64,000 nucleotides of DNA from positions 15,895-79,894 of the forward strand of contig JACPSH010000001.1 of the NCBI GenBank assembly GCA_016193395.1, in the 5' to 3' direction. Shown here one piece after another: positions 1 through 11,072 of the stretch. Below the pieces are notes generated by a model, which was given only the letters and a program-made list of their open reading frames with translations, was not told where the DNA came from and searched no databases. Each line of letters opens with the position of its first letter. The first letter of the stretch is position 1. The position numbers were made by a program, and so were the translations under genes. The stretch comes from Gammaproteobacteria bacterium (GTDB lineage Bacteria > Pseudomonadota > Gammaproteobacteria > Eutrophobiales > Eutrophobiaceae).

Positions 1-91
1 TGCATGGACGTGCCCTCGTTCACTGCAATTCCCTGCGAGAAAGGTACGAAAACAGATTCCAACCTCATGATTGTCCTCGCCTTCAGGCTAT

Positions 92-106
92 TGGCACGAA
101 TGATGC
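92..106 (+). promoter_or_regulatory. sigma54 (-24/-12) promoter
   Basis: TGGCACGAATGATGC has exact GG-N10-GC spacing and lies upstream of a porin-glnK-amtB operon. Confidence 0.7.
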
Positions 107-162
107 CATACAGTATGGAAATTCCATTTCCGATTCGTTACTCAACTTGAGGAGACATCGAA

Positions 163-1317
163 ATGAAAGCGCTTGTCGTTTCATTCATGAGCGGACTGCT
201 GGCTTTGGGAAGCGCAGGGGTCGCCGCAGGGGAGGAGACCACACCGGGACCTGGACCGGAATTGCCCGGCTGGCTGAGCGAAATAGACGTTCACGCCTTT
301 CTTTCAGTCGGCTTCGTCCACGATTTCAACGACCCGGACAGTGACGTCATCAGTCAGCGCTTTTTCGATTTCAAGAATGACGAATTCCGCGTGGATGACT
401 TCCAGTTCAGCCTGCTCAAGGCAGCCGAAGCACCCGGTGAAGCGGGGTTTCGTTTCGATCTCGATGTCGGCTCCAATATCCCTGATGTCATTCAGTCCGC
501 GGGCCTGTTTGATGATCCGGACGGGGAGGACATCGACGTCCGCCAGGCCTACGTCACGTACATCGCCCCGCTCGGCAACGGCCTGACCATTGATTTCGGC
601 AAATACATCACGGCCTTCGGCCTGGAGGTGATCGAGGGATGGCCCGGGTTCAACGATAACTATTCCCACTCCTACGATTTCAGCTTCGCGATTCCATTTA
701 CCCACACCGGCCTGCGTCTGACGTATCCGGTCAATGATCAATTTTCATTGATGTTCATGGCGGTCAATGGTTGGGACAAGGTCGATGACAACAACGATGC
801 CAAGGGGTTTCACGGCCAGGTAGCGTTCTTCCCGATGGAGAACGTCTCGCTGTATTTCAATTATATGGGCAGCCCCGAGCAGGCTGACAACGACGATGAC
901 TGGCGGCATCTATGGAATGTGGTCTGGGTGGTGAAGCCGTTCCCGGCGACGATTCCCGCCCTGACTTTCTCCGGCGACTACACCCACGGCCGTGAAGACA
1001 ACGTGGGTATCGGCGGCCGCGAGGCGAAATGGCACTCCTTCGAGGGCGTGCTGCGCTATGACTTCACGGAGAAATTTTTCGTGGCGGTGAGAGGCGAGTT
1101 TATGAAGGACGAAGACGGGGCACGCATTTCGGCCGGCACCGAGCAGACCGTGTGGGCGTTCACGATCACCCCGACTTTCCTGGTCACCGATCACCTGGTC
1201 GTGCGGCCGGAATTCCGCTACGACGAATCCAACGCGGACGTGTTCGAAGATGATGATGGGGCGTTCACCGAAGACTCGCAGGCGACCATCGGTGTCAACG
1301 TGATTTACTACTTCTGA
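163..1317 (+). CDS. outer-membrane beta-barrel porin (BBP2/OmpL-like)
   Basis: Signal peptide, RQAYV...DFGK...GLEVIE...N.NYSHS...PFTHTGLR motifs, C-terminal YYF, SD GAGGAG. Confidence 0.75.
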   Translation: MKALVVSFMSGLLALGSAGVAAGEETTPGPGPELPGWLSEIDVHAFLSVGFVHDFNDPDSDVISQRFFDFKNDEFRVDDFQFSLLKAAEAPGEAGFRFDLDVGSNIPDVIQSAGLFDDPDGEDIDVRQAYVTYIAPLGNGLTIDFGKYITAFGLEVIEGWPGFNDNYSHSYDFSFAIPFTHTGLRLTYPVNDQFSLMFMAVNGWDKVDDNNDAKGFHGQVAFFPMENVSLYFNYMGSPEQADNDDDWRHLWNVVWVVKPFPATIPALTFSGDYTHGREDNVGIGGREAKWHSFEGVLRYDFTEKFFVAVRGEFMKDEDGARISAGTEQTVWAFTITPTFLVTDHLVVRPEFRYDESNADVFEDDDGAFTEDSQATIGVNVIYYF

Positions 1318-1689
<372 letters not shown>

Positions 1690-1711
1690 TTTCAATGCTG
1701 AGGAGCGAGCG

Positions 1712-3262
1712 ATGTCACGTATAACTAGCTGCCTTTCGAAGTTCCGCGGGGCTTCCGCCCTTTTCGTGGCCGCCCTGCTGTGGTTGCCGTCGATGTCCAT
1801 GGCCCAGGAAGAAGCGCCGGCCGGGGCCATGCCTGCGGCCGAAGCGCCGGCCACGGAGGAAATGGCCGCGGAAGCGGCGCCGGCCGGGGAGCCCGCCGCC
1901 GAAGCGGAACCGGAAGCAGCCGTCGCGCCGGCCCCGTCTGTCGACAAGGGAGACGTTTCCTGGATGCTGATCTCCACGGCCATCGTGCTGATGATGAGCG
2001 TGCCGGGGCTGGCCCTGTTCTACGGCGGCATGGTTCGATCGAAGAACATGCTCTCCATGCTGATGCAGGTGTTCGTGACCTTTTCGCTGATCGTCGTGCT
2101 CTGGTGCCTATACGGCTACAGCCTCGCCTTCACGGAAGGCAACGCGTATTTCGGCGGATTTGCCCGCCTGTTCCTCAATGGAACGTTTGATTCCTCGAGC
2201 GGCGTCTTTGCCATGGCTGCGACCTTCAGCAAGGGCGTGTACATCCCGGAACTGGTCTTCGTCGCGTTCCAGGCGACCTTCGCGGCCATCACCTGCTGCC
2301 TGATTCTTGGCGCCGTCGCCGAGCGCATGAAATTCTCGGCCGTGCTGATCTTCATGGTCCTGTGGTTCACGTTCTCCTATGCGCCGATCTGCCACATGGT
2401 GTGGTTCTGGATGGGACCGGATGCCTACAGCGATGCGGCGGTGGCGGCCGACATGACCTCCAAGGCCGGACTCATCTGGCAATGGGGGGCGCTCGACTTT
2501 GCGGGCGGGACGGTCGTTCACATCAATTCCGGCATCGCCGGACTGGTCGGCGCGTACCTGGTGGGCAAGCGCATCGGCTACGGTAAGGAGACGATGGCGC
2601 CGCACAACCTGCCGCTGACCATGATCGGCGCCTGCCTGCTGTGGACCGGCTGGTTCGGGTTCAACGCGGGATCGGCGCTCGAAGCCGGGAACTTCGCAGC
2701 GCTCGCGTTCATGAACACTTTCCTCGCCACGGCCTGCGCGGTGCTGTCGTGGATGTTCGGAGAATGGTTGTTCAAGGGCAAGCCGTCCATGCTGGGCGCC
2801 GCCTCCGGCGCAGTCGCCGGCCTGGTGGCGATCACGCCGGCCGCGGGCAACGTCGGCATCCCAGGTGCGTTCGTGATCGGGATCGTGGCCGGCCTGATCT
2901 GTCTCTGGGGCGTCAGCGGCCTGAAGAAACTCCTCGGCGCGGACGATTCCCTCGATGTGTTCGGCGTGCACGCGGTCGGCGGCATGACCGGCGCACTCCT
3001 GACCGGCATCTTCAATGCGCCGGCCCTGGGCGGACCGGGTTTGGTGGTGGACTGGGTGACGGTCGCGGGTGGCTACCCGGGCTACGCCACGCAGTTCTGG
3101 ATCCAGTGCAAGGCCGTATTGATGACTCTGATCTGGTCCGGTGTCGTCGCCCTGGTGGCCTACAAGATCGCGGACCTCGTGGTCGGTTTGAGACTGACCG
3201 AAGACGAAGAACGCGAAGGTCTGGATACCATCGAACACGGCGAGAGGAGTTACAGCCTCTAG
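1712..3262 (+). CDS. amtB: ammonium transporter
   Basis: PGLALFYGG, DFAGGTVVH, WFGFNAGS, DVFGVH; start set at the ATG after SD GAGGAG. Confidence 0.95.
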   Translation: MSRITSCLSKFRGASALFVAALLWLPSMSMAQEEAPAGAMPAAEAPATEEMAAEAAPAGEPAAEAEPEAAVAPAPSVDKGDVSWMLISTAIVLMMSVPGLALFYGGMVRSKNMLSMLMQVFVTFSLIVVLWCLYGYSLAFTEGNAYFGGFARLFLNGTFDSSSGVFAMAATFSKGVYIPELVFVAFQATFAAITCCLILGAVAERMKFSAVLIFMVLWFTFSYAPICHMVWFWMGPDAYSDAAVAADMTSKAGLIWQWGALDFAGGTVVHINSGIAGLVGAYLVGKRIGYGKETMAPHNLPLTMIGACLLWTGWFGFNAGSALEAGNFAALAFMNTFLATACAVLSWMFGEWLFKGKPSMLGAASGAVAGLVAITPAAGNVGIPGAFVIGIVAGLICLWGVSGLKKLLGADDSLDVFGVHAVGGMTGALLTGIFNAPALGGPGLVVDWVTVAGGYPGYATQFWIQCKAVLMTLIWSGVVALVAYKIADLVVGLRLTEDEEREGLDTIEHGERSYSL

Positions 3263-3382
3263 ATTCGAATGTCGAACCATGCGCCCCGGTTGGGGGGACC
3301 CCGCCGGGGCGCATGGGACACGGATGCCAAGGGCAGGATAAACTGATAGCCTAGAAATGAAGAGATCTGAGGAGCCAATTGA

Positions 3383-3721
<339 letters not shown>

Positions 3722-4050
3722 TCCGGGCCGGGCGCCGTCGACCGCGACGGTGCCACAGCTTTAATTTCTTCCCGTCATAAACCCCACGCCGGCGCGCGCC
3801 TGCGTGCCAGAATAGTGCCGGCCTGTGGTGCACTGCCCGTCGGGCGCCACACATTCCGCATAACAACTGTTTGTTTCGTCTGGCTTTTCTGATTCTGCTC
3901 CATTTTGGAACCTGATCTGCCTAAAATCCGGGGCGCTCGAACCATTGTGGTGAAAAGCAAGTAGGGCGATCAGTGGCCTTGCGAGTTGCAGGCGCTTCTC
4001 GTCCGCGGCGCGAGGCGGAAAAAGCCATAACAAGAAGGTTAACGGGGGGA

Positions 4051-5367
4051 ATGATGAAAGCAGCGAAGCATTGGCCAGGCAGATTGGCGGTTGCAGGAAT
4101 GACGTTGTTGATCCCGGGGGCCGTCATGGCCCAGGACGCGCCCGGCCTGAATGGCGCCGACACCGCCTGGATGCTTACCTCGACGGCGCTGGTGCTGTTC
4201 ATGACCCTGCCCGGACTGGCCCTCTTTTACGGCGGCCTCGTGCGCATGAAAAACGTGCTGTCGGTGCTCATGCAGTGCCTGGTGATTGCCTGCTTCGTGT
4301 CGATCCTGTGGGTGTTGTATGCATACACGCTTGCCTTCGGCGCGGGCGGAGACTTCGTCGGAGGACTGTCCAGATTGTTTATGAGTGGCGTCACCGAGGA
4401 CGCGCTCTGGGGGACGATCCCGGAATCCGTGTTTGCGATGTTCCAGCTCACCTTTGCGATCATTACTCCGGCGCTGGTCGTCGGCGCCTTCGCCGAACGG
4501 ATGAAATTCACATCGATGCTGCTGTTTACGGCACTTTGGCTGACGCTCGTCTACGCGCCGATAGCCCACTCGGTCTGGGCCGCTGACGGCTGGCTGTTCA
4601 AGAAAGGCCTGCTCGATTTCGCCGGCGGCACGGTCGTTCACACCACGAGCGGCGTCGCCGCACTCATGTGCGCCCTCATTCTTGGCCCGCGCAACGGCTT
4701 CCCCGGCACACCCATGGCGCCGCACAACATGACCATGACCGTAGCCGGCGCCGGCATGCTCTGGGTGGGCTGGTTCGGATTCAATGCCGGCTCCGCGGTC
4801 GCGGCCAACGCCAATGCCGGCATGGCCATGCTGGTGACGCATACCTCAGCCGCGGTCGCCGCCCTGGCATGGATGACATGCGAATGGATCCGTTTCGGCA
4901 AGCCCAGCGTCCTGGGTGTGGCGACCGGTCTGGTCGCCGGCCTGGCGACCATTACGCCGGCTTCCGGATACGTCGGACCGGGCGGCGCGGTGGTCATCGG
5001 ACTGTTCGCGGGGACCGTCTGTTTCCTCGCCACCAATTTCATGAAGCGCTCGCTCAAGGTCGACGATTCCCTCGATGTATTTCCCGTGCACGGTGTCGGA
5101 GGCATGATGGGCACGCTGCTCTCCGGCGTATTTGCCTCGGCCTCGCTCGGGCTTTTCAGCGGCCAGGGCTATGCCGAAGGCATGGCCATGGGCAGCCAGA
5201 TCGGCGTCCAGCTTATCGGCGTCGTCGCCGTCGCGCTGTATACGGCGGCCGTCACGGCGCTCCTGCTCAAGCTCGTGGACGCGGTTTTCGGGCTGCGTGT
5301 GAGCAATGAGGAGGAGACCATGGGCCTCGACCTGGTGCTCCACAACGAGCGCGGCTACAACCTCTGA
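4051..5367 (+). CDS. amtB: ammonium transporter (second copy)
   Basis: PGLALFYGG, DFAGGTVVH, WFGFNAGS, DVFPVHGVGG. Confidence 0.93.
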   Translation: MMKAAKHWPGRLAVAGMTLLIPGAVMAQDAPGLNGADTAWMLTSTALVLFMTLPGLALFYGGLVRMKNVLSVLMQCLVIACFVSILWVLYAYTLAFGAGGDFVGGLSRLFMSGVTEDALWGTIPESVFAMFQLTFAIITPALVVGAFAERMKFTSMLLFTALWLTLVYAPIAHSVWAADGWLFKKGLLDFAGGTVVHTTSGVAALMCALILGPRNGFPGTPMAPHNMTMTVAGAGMLWVGWFGFNAGSAVAANANAGMAMLVTHTSAAVAALAWMTCEWIRFGKPSVLGVATGLVAGLATITPASGYVGPGGAVVIGLFAGTVCFLATNFMKRSLKVDDSLDVFPVHGVGGMMGTLLSGVFASASLGLFSGQGYAEGMAMGSQIGVQLIGVVAVALYTAAVTALLLKLVDAVFGLRVSNEEETMGLDLVLHNERGYNL

Positions 5368-5730
5368 GGAAAACTCTGAATAACCTGCTGCGCCGCCCAT
5401 CTGCGGCGTCGCGTGCTCGCTCGCGGCCCGCCTAACAGGTTGATGCAAAAGTCCGTCCATGGACTTTTGCATCTCGCTTCGGCCAAAGCGAAGCTTCGGC
5501 CTTGCTCCGTTTATCAAGCACTTAGGTGCTTGATAAACGATGCGTCCCATCCGACCGCCGGGGATGGCGGAAGTGCAGATTTCGCAGGAGCAGGAAATCT
5601 GCCCTGGGGCGCCACAGGCTGATGCAAAACTTAGTTTTGCATCAGCCTGCTAACCGGCTGTTATGTCTCGCCGCTCGCTCCGCGCCTCCTTGCGGCTGGG
5701 CATGCTCGCGACGGTTCTTCAGCGTTTTCC
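5368..5730. repeat. nested palindromic intergenic repeat / MITE-like element
   Basis: Outer inverted ends GGAAAACTCTGAATAACC / GGTTCTTCAGCGTTTTCC; inner unit 5433-5652 TAACAGGTTGATGCAAAA...TTTTGCATCAGCCTGCTA with several hairpins. Confidence 0.7.
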
Positions 5731-5896
5731 CAAGCCGGCCCCGAATTGTGCAGGCGGGCGCTTTCGCACCTGCCTTGATTTACAGCAGGCCGATATTTTG
5801 GGCGATGCCAACTGCCTGTTTTAATGCAGGGCGTCTCAGAATAAAATTACGCGCTAGGATCACCATTTCTGACGGAACGCTGATCAAAGGAGAATC

Positions 5897-6958
5897 ATGG
5901 CCGACGCGAATCTGGTTGACCGCGCTTTGCTCAAGACATTTGTGCCGCCCAGCGCCTTGAATGCCGAGAATTTCCAGGAGCTCGCGGGGAAGGCGGTCAT
6001 CGAGGACCTTGCGGCGGGCAAGATGGTCTTCAAGGCCGGCGACCACGACCGCAAGACCGTCTACCTCATCGAGGGCGAACTGGAACTGACCGGCAGCAAG
6101 GGTGAAAAGACCGTGATCCGTTCCGGCACCGATATCTCCAGGCACCCGGTCGGCAATTTCCAGCCACGCAAGCATACTGCGGTGGCCAAGGCCCCGTGCA
6201 AGATCACCCGCATCGACAGCGATCTGCTCGATATCCTGCTGACCTGGGACCAGTTGTCGGGCATCGAAGTCGGTGAGATCTCGGTTTCGGAGGAACAGGG
6301 CAGCGAAGGCGGGGAGGATGGCGACTGGATGACCCGCATCCTGCAATCCAAGGCCTTTTTGCAGGTTCCCGCCGCCAACATCCAGGCGATATTCATGCGC
6401 ATGCAGGAAGTTCCCGTCAAGGCCGGAGACACGATTATCAAGCAGGGTGACGACGGTGATTTCTACTACATCGTCAAGAATGGAAAATGCAAAGTCACGC
6501 GCGCGTCGAAGACCGGCACGGAGTTGACACTGGCGACCCTCGGCGACGGCGACGCGTTCGGCGAGGAAGCGCTGCTGTCCGAGGCGAAGCGCAACGCCAA
6601 TATCATCATGACGACGGACGGTGTACTGATGCGCCTGGCGAAGGAGGATTTCAATACCCTGCTGAAGGAGCCCATGCTCAGTTGGGTAACGAGCGCCCAG
6701 GCGGAGGAAATGGTTAAGAAGGGCGAGGGCGTGTGGATCGACGTGCGCCTCGACAGCGAACACAAGAACAACGGTATCGCCGGCAGCCTCAATATCCCGC
6801 TCTTCATGCTGCGTATGAAGGCGGATTCCCTGGACCCGTCGAAGAAGTACATTCTCTATTGCGATACCGGCCGCCGCAGTTCCGCCGGGGCTTTCCTGCT
6901 GAGCGAACGCGGCTTGCAGGCCTTCTGCCTGAAAGGCGGGCTCCAGAGCGGGGGCTGA
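5897..6958 (+). CDS. cyclic-nucleotide-binding domain protein (two cNMP domains plus C-terminal rhodanese)
   Basis: IIKQGDDGDFYYIV...FGEEALL...RNA; C-terminal WIDVR...LYCDTGRRS. Confidence 0.85.
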   Translation: MADANLVDRALLKTFVPPSALNAENFQELAGKAVIEDLAAGKMVFKAGDHDRKTVYLIEGELELTGSKGEKTVIRSGTDISRHPVGNFQPRKHTAVAKAPCKITRIDSDLLDILLTWDQLSGIEVGEISVSEEQGSEGGEDGDWMTRILQSKAFLQVPAANIQAIFMRMQEVPVKAGDTIIKQGDDGDFYYIVKNGKCKVTRASKTGTELTLATLGDGDAFGEEALLSEAKRNANIIMTTDGVLMRLAKEDFNTLLKEPMLSWVTSAQAEEMVKKGEGVWIDVRLDSEHKNNGIAGSLNIPLFMLRMKADSLDPSKKYILYCDTGRRSSAGAFLLSERGLQAFCLKGGLQSGG

Positions 6959-6990
6959 GCGCCGCGCCTGCGCGGCATCCCGGCGCCGCG

Positions 6991-7839
6991 ATGGCTGCCG
7001 AGTTGAAATCGAGTCGGGGCCACGGACGATACGCCGTGATGGGCAACCCCGTCGCGCACAGCAAATCCCCGCGCATTCATGCGGCTTTCGCCGCGCAGAC
7101 CGGACAATCCCTGGAGTACCGCGCCATCCTTGTGGAACCCGGCGGGTTCGATGCCGCCCTGGACGAATTTCAGCGGGATGGCGGCGATGGCCTCAATGTC
7201 ACCGTGCCGTTCAAGGCCGATGCCTGGCGCGCGGTCTCGGAGCGCACGCCGCGGGCGCAGCGCTGTGGCGCGGTCAATACCATCTGGTTTGGAGAGGGCG
7301 GCCGGCGCTTCGGCGACACGACCGACGGCATCGGCCTGGTCCGCGATCTGCGCCGCAACGGCGTGCTGCTCGCCGGCCGCAGGGTCCTGATCCTGGGCGC
7401 GGGTGGCGCGGTCGCCGGTGTCCTCGGTGAAATGCTGGATGAACGCCCGCAGTCCCTGACCCTGGTGAACCGCACGATTGGGAAGGCGGACGATCTGCGC
7501 AGGCGCTTTGCCGACGTCTCCTGCGCAATTTCTGTCGGGCCCTACGAGTCGCTGGGTTCAGAGCGATTCGATGTGGTCATCAATGGCACCTCGTTGAGCC
7601 TGCAGGGCCGCTTGCCGCCTCTGCCCGAACGCGGCCTTTTGAATGAGGGCGCCTGCTGTTACGACATGGTCTACGGTGACCGCGCAACACCGTTTGTCGA
7701 ATGGGCGGCAGGCCATCGCGTTGTTCGGGCGCTCGATGGCCTCGGCATGCTGGTTGAGCAAGCCGCCGAATCCTTCTTCATCTGGCGCGGAGTGCGGCCG
7801 GAGACGGAACCGGTGATCAGGATGCTGCGACGAAGCTGA
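6991..7839 (+). CDS. aroE: shikimate dehydrogenase
   Basis: GNPVAHSKSP, NVTVPFK, GAVNT, GAGGA, GLGMLVEQAA. Confidence 0.95.
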   Translation: MAAELKSSRGHGRYAVMGNPVAHSKSPRIHAAFAAQTGQSLEYRAILVEPGGFDAALDEFQRDGGDGLNVTVPFKADAWRAVSERTPRAQRCGAVNTIWFGEGGRRFGDTTDGIGLVRDLRRNGVLLAGRRVLILGAGGAVAGVLGEMLDERPQSLTLVNRTIGKADDLRRRFADVSCAISVGPYESLGSERFDVVINGTSLSLQGRLPPLPERGLLNEGACCYDMVYGDRATPFVEWAAGHRVVRALDGLGMLVEQAAESFFIWRGVRPETEPVIRMLRRS

Positions 7840-7860
7840 CGATCTATTGGGGTGTTCTCT

Positions 7861-7930
7861 ACCAGCCATGAGCCGCCAGCCCCTGTGACTTGTGGCTAGT
7901 GGCTGGTGGCTGGTGGTGGGTGATTGGTAA
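7861..7930. repeat. inverted heptamer tandem repeats at the aroE/rsmA junction
   Basis: ACCAGCC ATGAGCC GCCAGCC followed by CTAGTGG CTGGTGG CTGGTGG in 7-bp register. Confidence 0.7.
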
Positions 7931-8720
7931 CGGAACGCGTAGCAGCCAGCCGATTGGCGATCTTTCCGAACTGCTCCACCGTCAGCTCCTCCGCGCGTAC
8001 ACCCGGATCGATGCCGCAATCGGTGAGCAGTGTATCCGGCTGCGGCACGAGTTCCTTCAGGGCATTCCGTAATTTCTTCCGGCGCTGGCCGAAAGCCAGT
8101 TTCACCACCCGGTCAAACAGTTTTTCGTCTGCCAGCGCCTTCACATGGGTATCGGTGGGGACCAGACGCACCACGGCGGATTCGACCTGCGGCGGCGGAG
8201 AGAACGCGCCACGGCCGACGTCGAACAGCTTTCGCACTTCACTGCGTGCCTGGACCATGACGCTCAGGCGCCCATATTCGCGCGTCCCGGGGGTTGCGCA
8301 GATCCGATCCACGACCTCCAGTTGAAGCATGAAGATCATTTCCGACAGGCAATGTGCCTGCGCAAGGAGGTGGAACAGCAGCGGTGTGGATATGCGGTAG
8401 GGCAGGTTGCCCGCGACTTTCAGTCTGCGCGCGCCCAGGGAGCAGAAATCGAACTGCAAGGCATCCGCGACATGAAGCCTGAGGTCGCCGAACCCTTCGC
8501 AGCGGGTCGTGAGCTGGGCGGCAAGCGCAGGATCGACCTCAATGACGTGTAGCGTTTGGGTGCGCTTAAGGAGTGGGACCGTCAATGCGCCGTGACCCGG
8601 GCCGATCTCGACTAACGGCGCTTCGGGATTCGGAGCGATGGCCGCGACGATGCGGTCGATGACCCGGGGGTCACGCAGGAAGTGCTGACCCAGGCGCTTG
8701 CGGCGGCGGGCACCGGTCAC
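7896..8720 (-). CDS. rsmA: 16S rRNA m6,2A dimethyltransferase
   Basis: LGQHFL, EIGPGHGALT, GNLPY, YGRLSV. Confidence 0.96.
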   Translation of the reverse strand: MTGARRRKRLGQHFLRDPRVIDRIVAAIAPNPEAPLVEIGPGHGALTVPLLKRTQTLHVIEVDPALAAQLTTRCEGFGDLRLHVADALQFDFCSLGARRLKVAGNLPYRISTPLLFHLLAQAHCLSEMIFMLQLEVVDRICATPGTREYGRLSVMVQARSEVRKLFDVGRGAFSPPPQVESAVVRLVPTDTHVKALADEKLFDRVVKLAFGQRRKKLRNALKELVPQPDTLLTDCGIDPGVRAEELTVEQFGKIANRLAATRSVTNHPPPATSH

Positions 8721-9790
8721 GCATCCACGCCCGCGCTGGCCCGCGGGCGGGTCCCCGTCGGGGTCTGCATTGCCAGCCGCGCGGCGAGACGCGCGGCGCA
8801 GGCAATGGCCGCCAGCATACTGTCCGGACGGGCCTTTCCGGTGGCCGCCAGGTGTTCCGCCGTGCCGTGATCCACTGAAGTCCGGATGAACGGCAATCCC
8901 AGCGTGACGTTGACGATGCCGCCGAATCCCCGGGCCTTGAGCGCGGGCAGGCCCTGGTCATGGTACATCGCCACTACGGCGTCCATGCCCCGCAGGGATT
9001 CCGCGGTGAACGCCGTATCGGCCGCGACCGGCCCGGTGAGTTCCATTCCTTCCGCCCGCAACCGGGACAGAACGGGAGCCAGCACCGTCACTTCCTCGCG
9101 CCCCAGGTAACCCTGCTCCCCGGCATGTGGATTGAGGCCCAACACGAGCAGCCGCGGACGATCGATGCCGAAGCGCACACGCAGGTCGTGATCCAGGACG
9201 CGCAGGGTTCGATCGACGCGCTCCGGCGTGATTGCGGCGCTGACCTGCGCCAGGGGCAGGTGCGTAGTCACCAGTGCGACGCGCAATTCGTCGTTCATGA
9301 GCATCATCACGGGAAGCGCCCCGCCGGCGAGTTCGGCAAGGTACTCTGTATGGCCGGAAAACCCGAATCCAGCAGTGTTGATCACGGCCTTGTTGACCGG
9401 GCCGGTAACGACGGCGTCAAAGCCGTCGCGCTGGCAGGCATTCACGGCCCCACGGATGCTATCGAGCACGTGCCGCGCATTGGCGGGATCGGATTGGCCG
9501 GCATGCACCGGAGCAGCGAGCGGTACCGGGCTGACCATGATGAGTCCCGGGCGGTGAGGCTGGACCTCTTCCGGCGCGGCGACGGCAACCACCTCAACGA
9601 CATGGCCGAGCGTGGCGGCACGTTCTTCGATCAGGAGGGGATCGGTGAAGACTAGCAGCGAGGCGTCGATTTGGCGCTGCGCGATCTCCACGATCAGGTC
9701 GGGTCCGATCCCGGCGGGCTCGCCCGCGGTGAGAGCCAGCCGCGGCGGGCGGGGATCAGCTTTCGAGTCGGTATTCGACGTAGGCTTCAT
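8717..9790 (-). CDS. pdxA: 4-hydroxythreonine-4-phosphate dehydrogenase
   Basis: GEPAGIGPD, GHTEYLA, LNPHAGE, MYHDQGL, RTSVDHGTA; start uncertain. Confidence 0.95.
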   Translation of the reverse strand: MKPTSNTDSKADPRPPRLALTAGEPAGIGPDLIVEIAQRQIDASLLVFTDPLLIEERAATLGHVVEVVAVAAPEEVQPHRPGLIMVSPVPLAAPVHAGQSDPANARHVLDSIRGAVNACQRDGFDAVVTGPVNKAVINTAGFGFSGHTEYLAELAGGALPVMMLMNDELRVALVTTHLPLAQVSAAITPERVDRTLRVLDHDLRVRFGIDRPRLLVLGLNPHAGEQGYLGREEVTVLAPVLSRLRAEGMELTGPVAADTAFTAESLRGMDAVVAMYHDQGLPALKARGFGGIVNVTLGLPFIRTSVDHGTAEHLAATGKARPDSMLAAIACAARLAARLAMQTPTGTRPRASAGVDA

Positions 9791-11072
9791 CGCGCATTTC
9801 GCGCAGCCAGTTTTCGCGGGCCTCGTCGAGCTTCCTGCGGCGGATCGCCTCCCGCGCCTGCGAGCGCTTGAGTTCCTGGGAATTATCGTGCTGGCGGCGG
9901 TCGAGCACCTGGGCGATGTGCCAGCCGTAATCCGTATGGAATGGCTGGCTGATCTCGCCGGGAGCGAGGCTGTTCATGACTTCCTCGAAATCCCCGACCA
10001 GGTCGCCGGGGCTCATCCATCCGAGATCCCCGCCCTCCGCCGCGCTCACCGTATCGTTGGAGTTGCCGCGCGCGAGTTCCGCAAAGTCGGCGCCGCCGAC
10101 TATTCGAAGGCGGACCTGTTCCAGGCGCGCCTGTGCGTCATCCTCCGTCGTCAGTTCGTCCGACTTGATCAGGATATGCCGCACGTGGGTCTGCGTGATG
10201 ACGTGCTTCTCGCTGTCGCGGACTTCCTCGAGCTTGACGATATGGAAGCCGCCGGCATTGCGGATCAGGTCGCTGACGTCCCCCTTTTGCATGTGCGCGA
10301 CCACGTCCGCGAACAGGGTCGGGACCTGGCTTGCCTTGCGCCAGCCCAGGTTGCCGCCTTCCAGCGCCTGCGGCCCCTTGGAATAGGTCGCCGCCATGGA
10401 GGCGAAATCGGCGCCGGCCCTGAGATCGACGAGGACCTTCTCGGCCAGCTTCGTCGTCGCTTCGATGTCGCTCGACGACGCGGTCTCGGGCACGGCAATC
10501 AGGATATGCCGCAGCAGGTACTCAGCCTCGTCCTCGCCCTGGTGTTCCTGCGTGGCGAGGTAATTCTCGATTTCGCGCTCCGTGACCGTCACGCGGTTGT
10601 CCACCTGCCGCTGCTGCAGGCGCGAGACCAGAATTTCGCTGCGGATGTCCTCGCGGAATTTCTCGTAACTGTATCCGTCGCTTTCCAGCACTTCGCGGAA
10701 TTTCTCGAGACTCAGCTGGTTCTGCGCGGCGATGTTGCTGATGGTCCGGTTCAGGGTTTCGTCATCGACGCGGATCCCGGAGTGCTGCGCTTCCTGGACC
10801 TGCAGCTTGGTGAGGATCAGCCGATCCAGGACCTGCCGCTCCAGAATGGGTCCCGGGGGCAGGGGAGTGCCCTGCTCGGAGAGCTGGTTCTTCACGGTAC
10901 GCAGACGGTCGTCCAGCTCGCTCTGCATGATCACATCATCGTTGACGACCGCCACGATGCGATCCAGCGCTATGCCCGCGGAAACGGGTTGCCGCATGAA
11001 CAGGCACAGCAGCAGCGCCGCCACCAGCCGGAACGTACATTCCGGACGCCCGCGATTAAAATTCACTCTCAT
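9756..11072 (-). CDS. surA: periplasmic chaperone / parvulin PPIase SurA
   Basis: LDRIVAVVNDDVI, two parvulin domains (RHILI..GGxLGW), position between lptD and pdxA. Confidence 0.94.
   Translation of the reverse strand: MRVNFNRGRPECTFRLVAALLLCLFMRQPVSAGIALDRIVAVVNDDVIMQSELDDRLRTVKNQLSEQGTPLPPGPILERQVLDRLILTKLQVQEAQHSGIRVDDETLNRTISNIAAQNQLSLEKFREVLESDGYSYEKFREDIRSEILVSRLQQRQVDNRVTVTEREIENYLATQEHQGEDEAEYLLRHILIAVPETASSSDIEATTKLAEKVLVDLRAGADFASMAATYSKGPQALEGGNLGWRKASQVPTLFADVVAHMQKGDVSDLIRNAGGFHIVKLEEVRDSEKHVITQTHVRHILIKSDELTTEDDAQARLEQVRLRIVGGADFAELARGNSNDTVSAAEGGDLGWMSPGDLVGDFEEVMNSLAPGEISQPFHTDYGWHIAQVLDRRQHDNSQELKRSQAREAIRRRKLDEARENWLREMRDEAYVEYRLES

Noticed and set aside
3974..3990. sigma54 promoter before the second amtB (TGGCCTTGCGAGTTGCA)
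   Set aside because: GG-to-GC spacing is 11 nt, not the required 10. NtrC-like sites near 3896 and 3938 match only partially.
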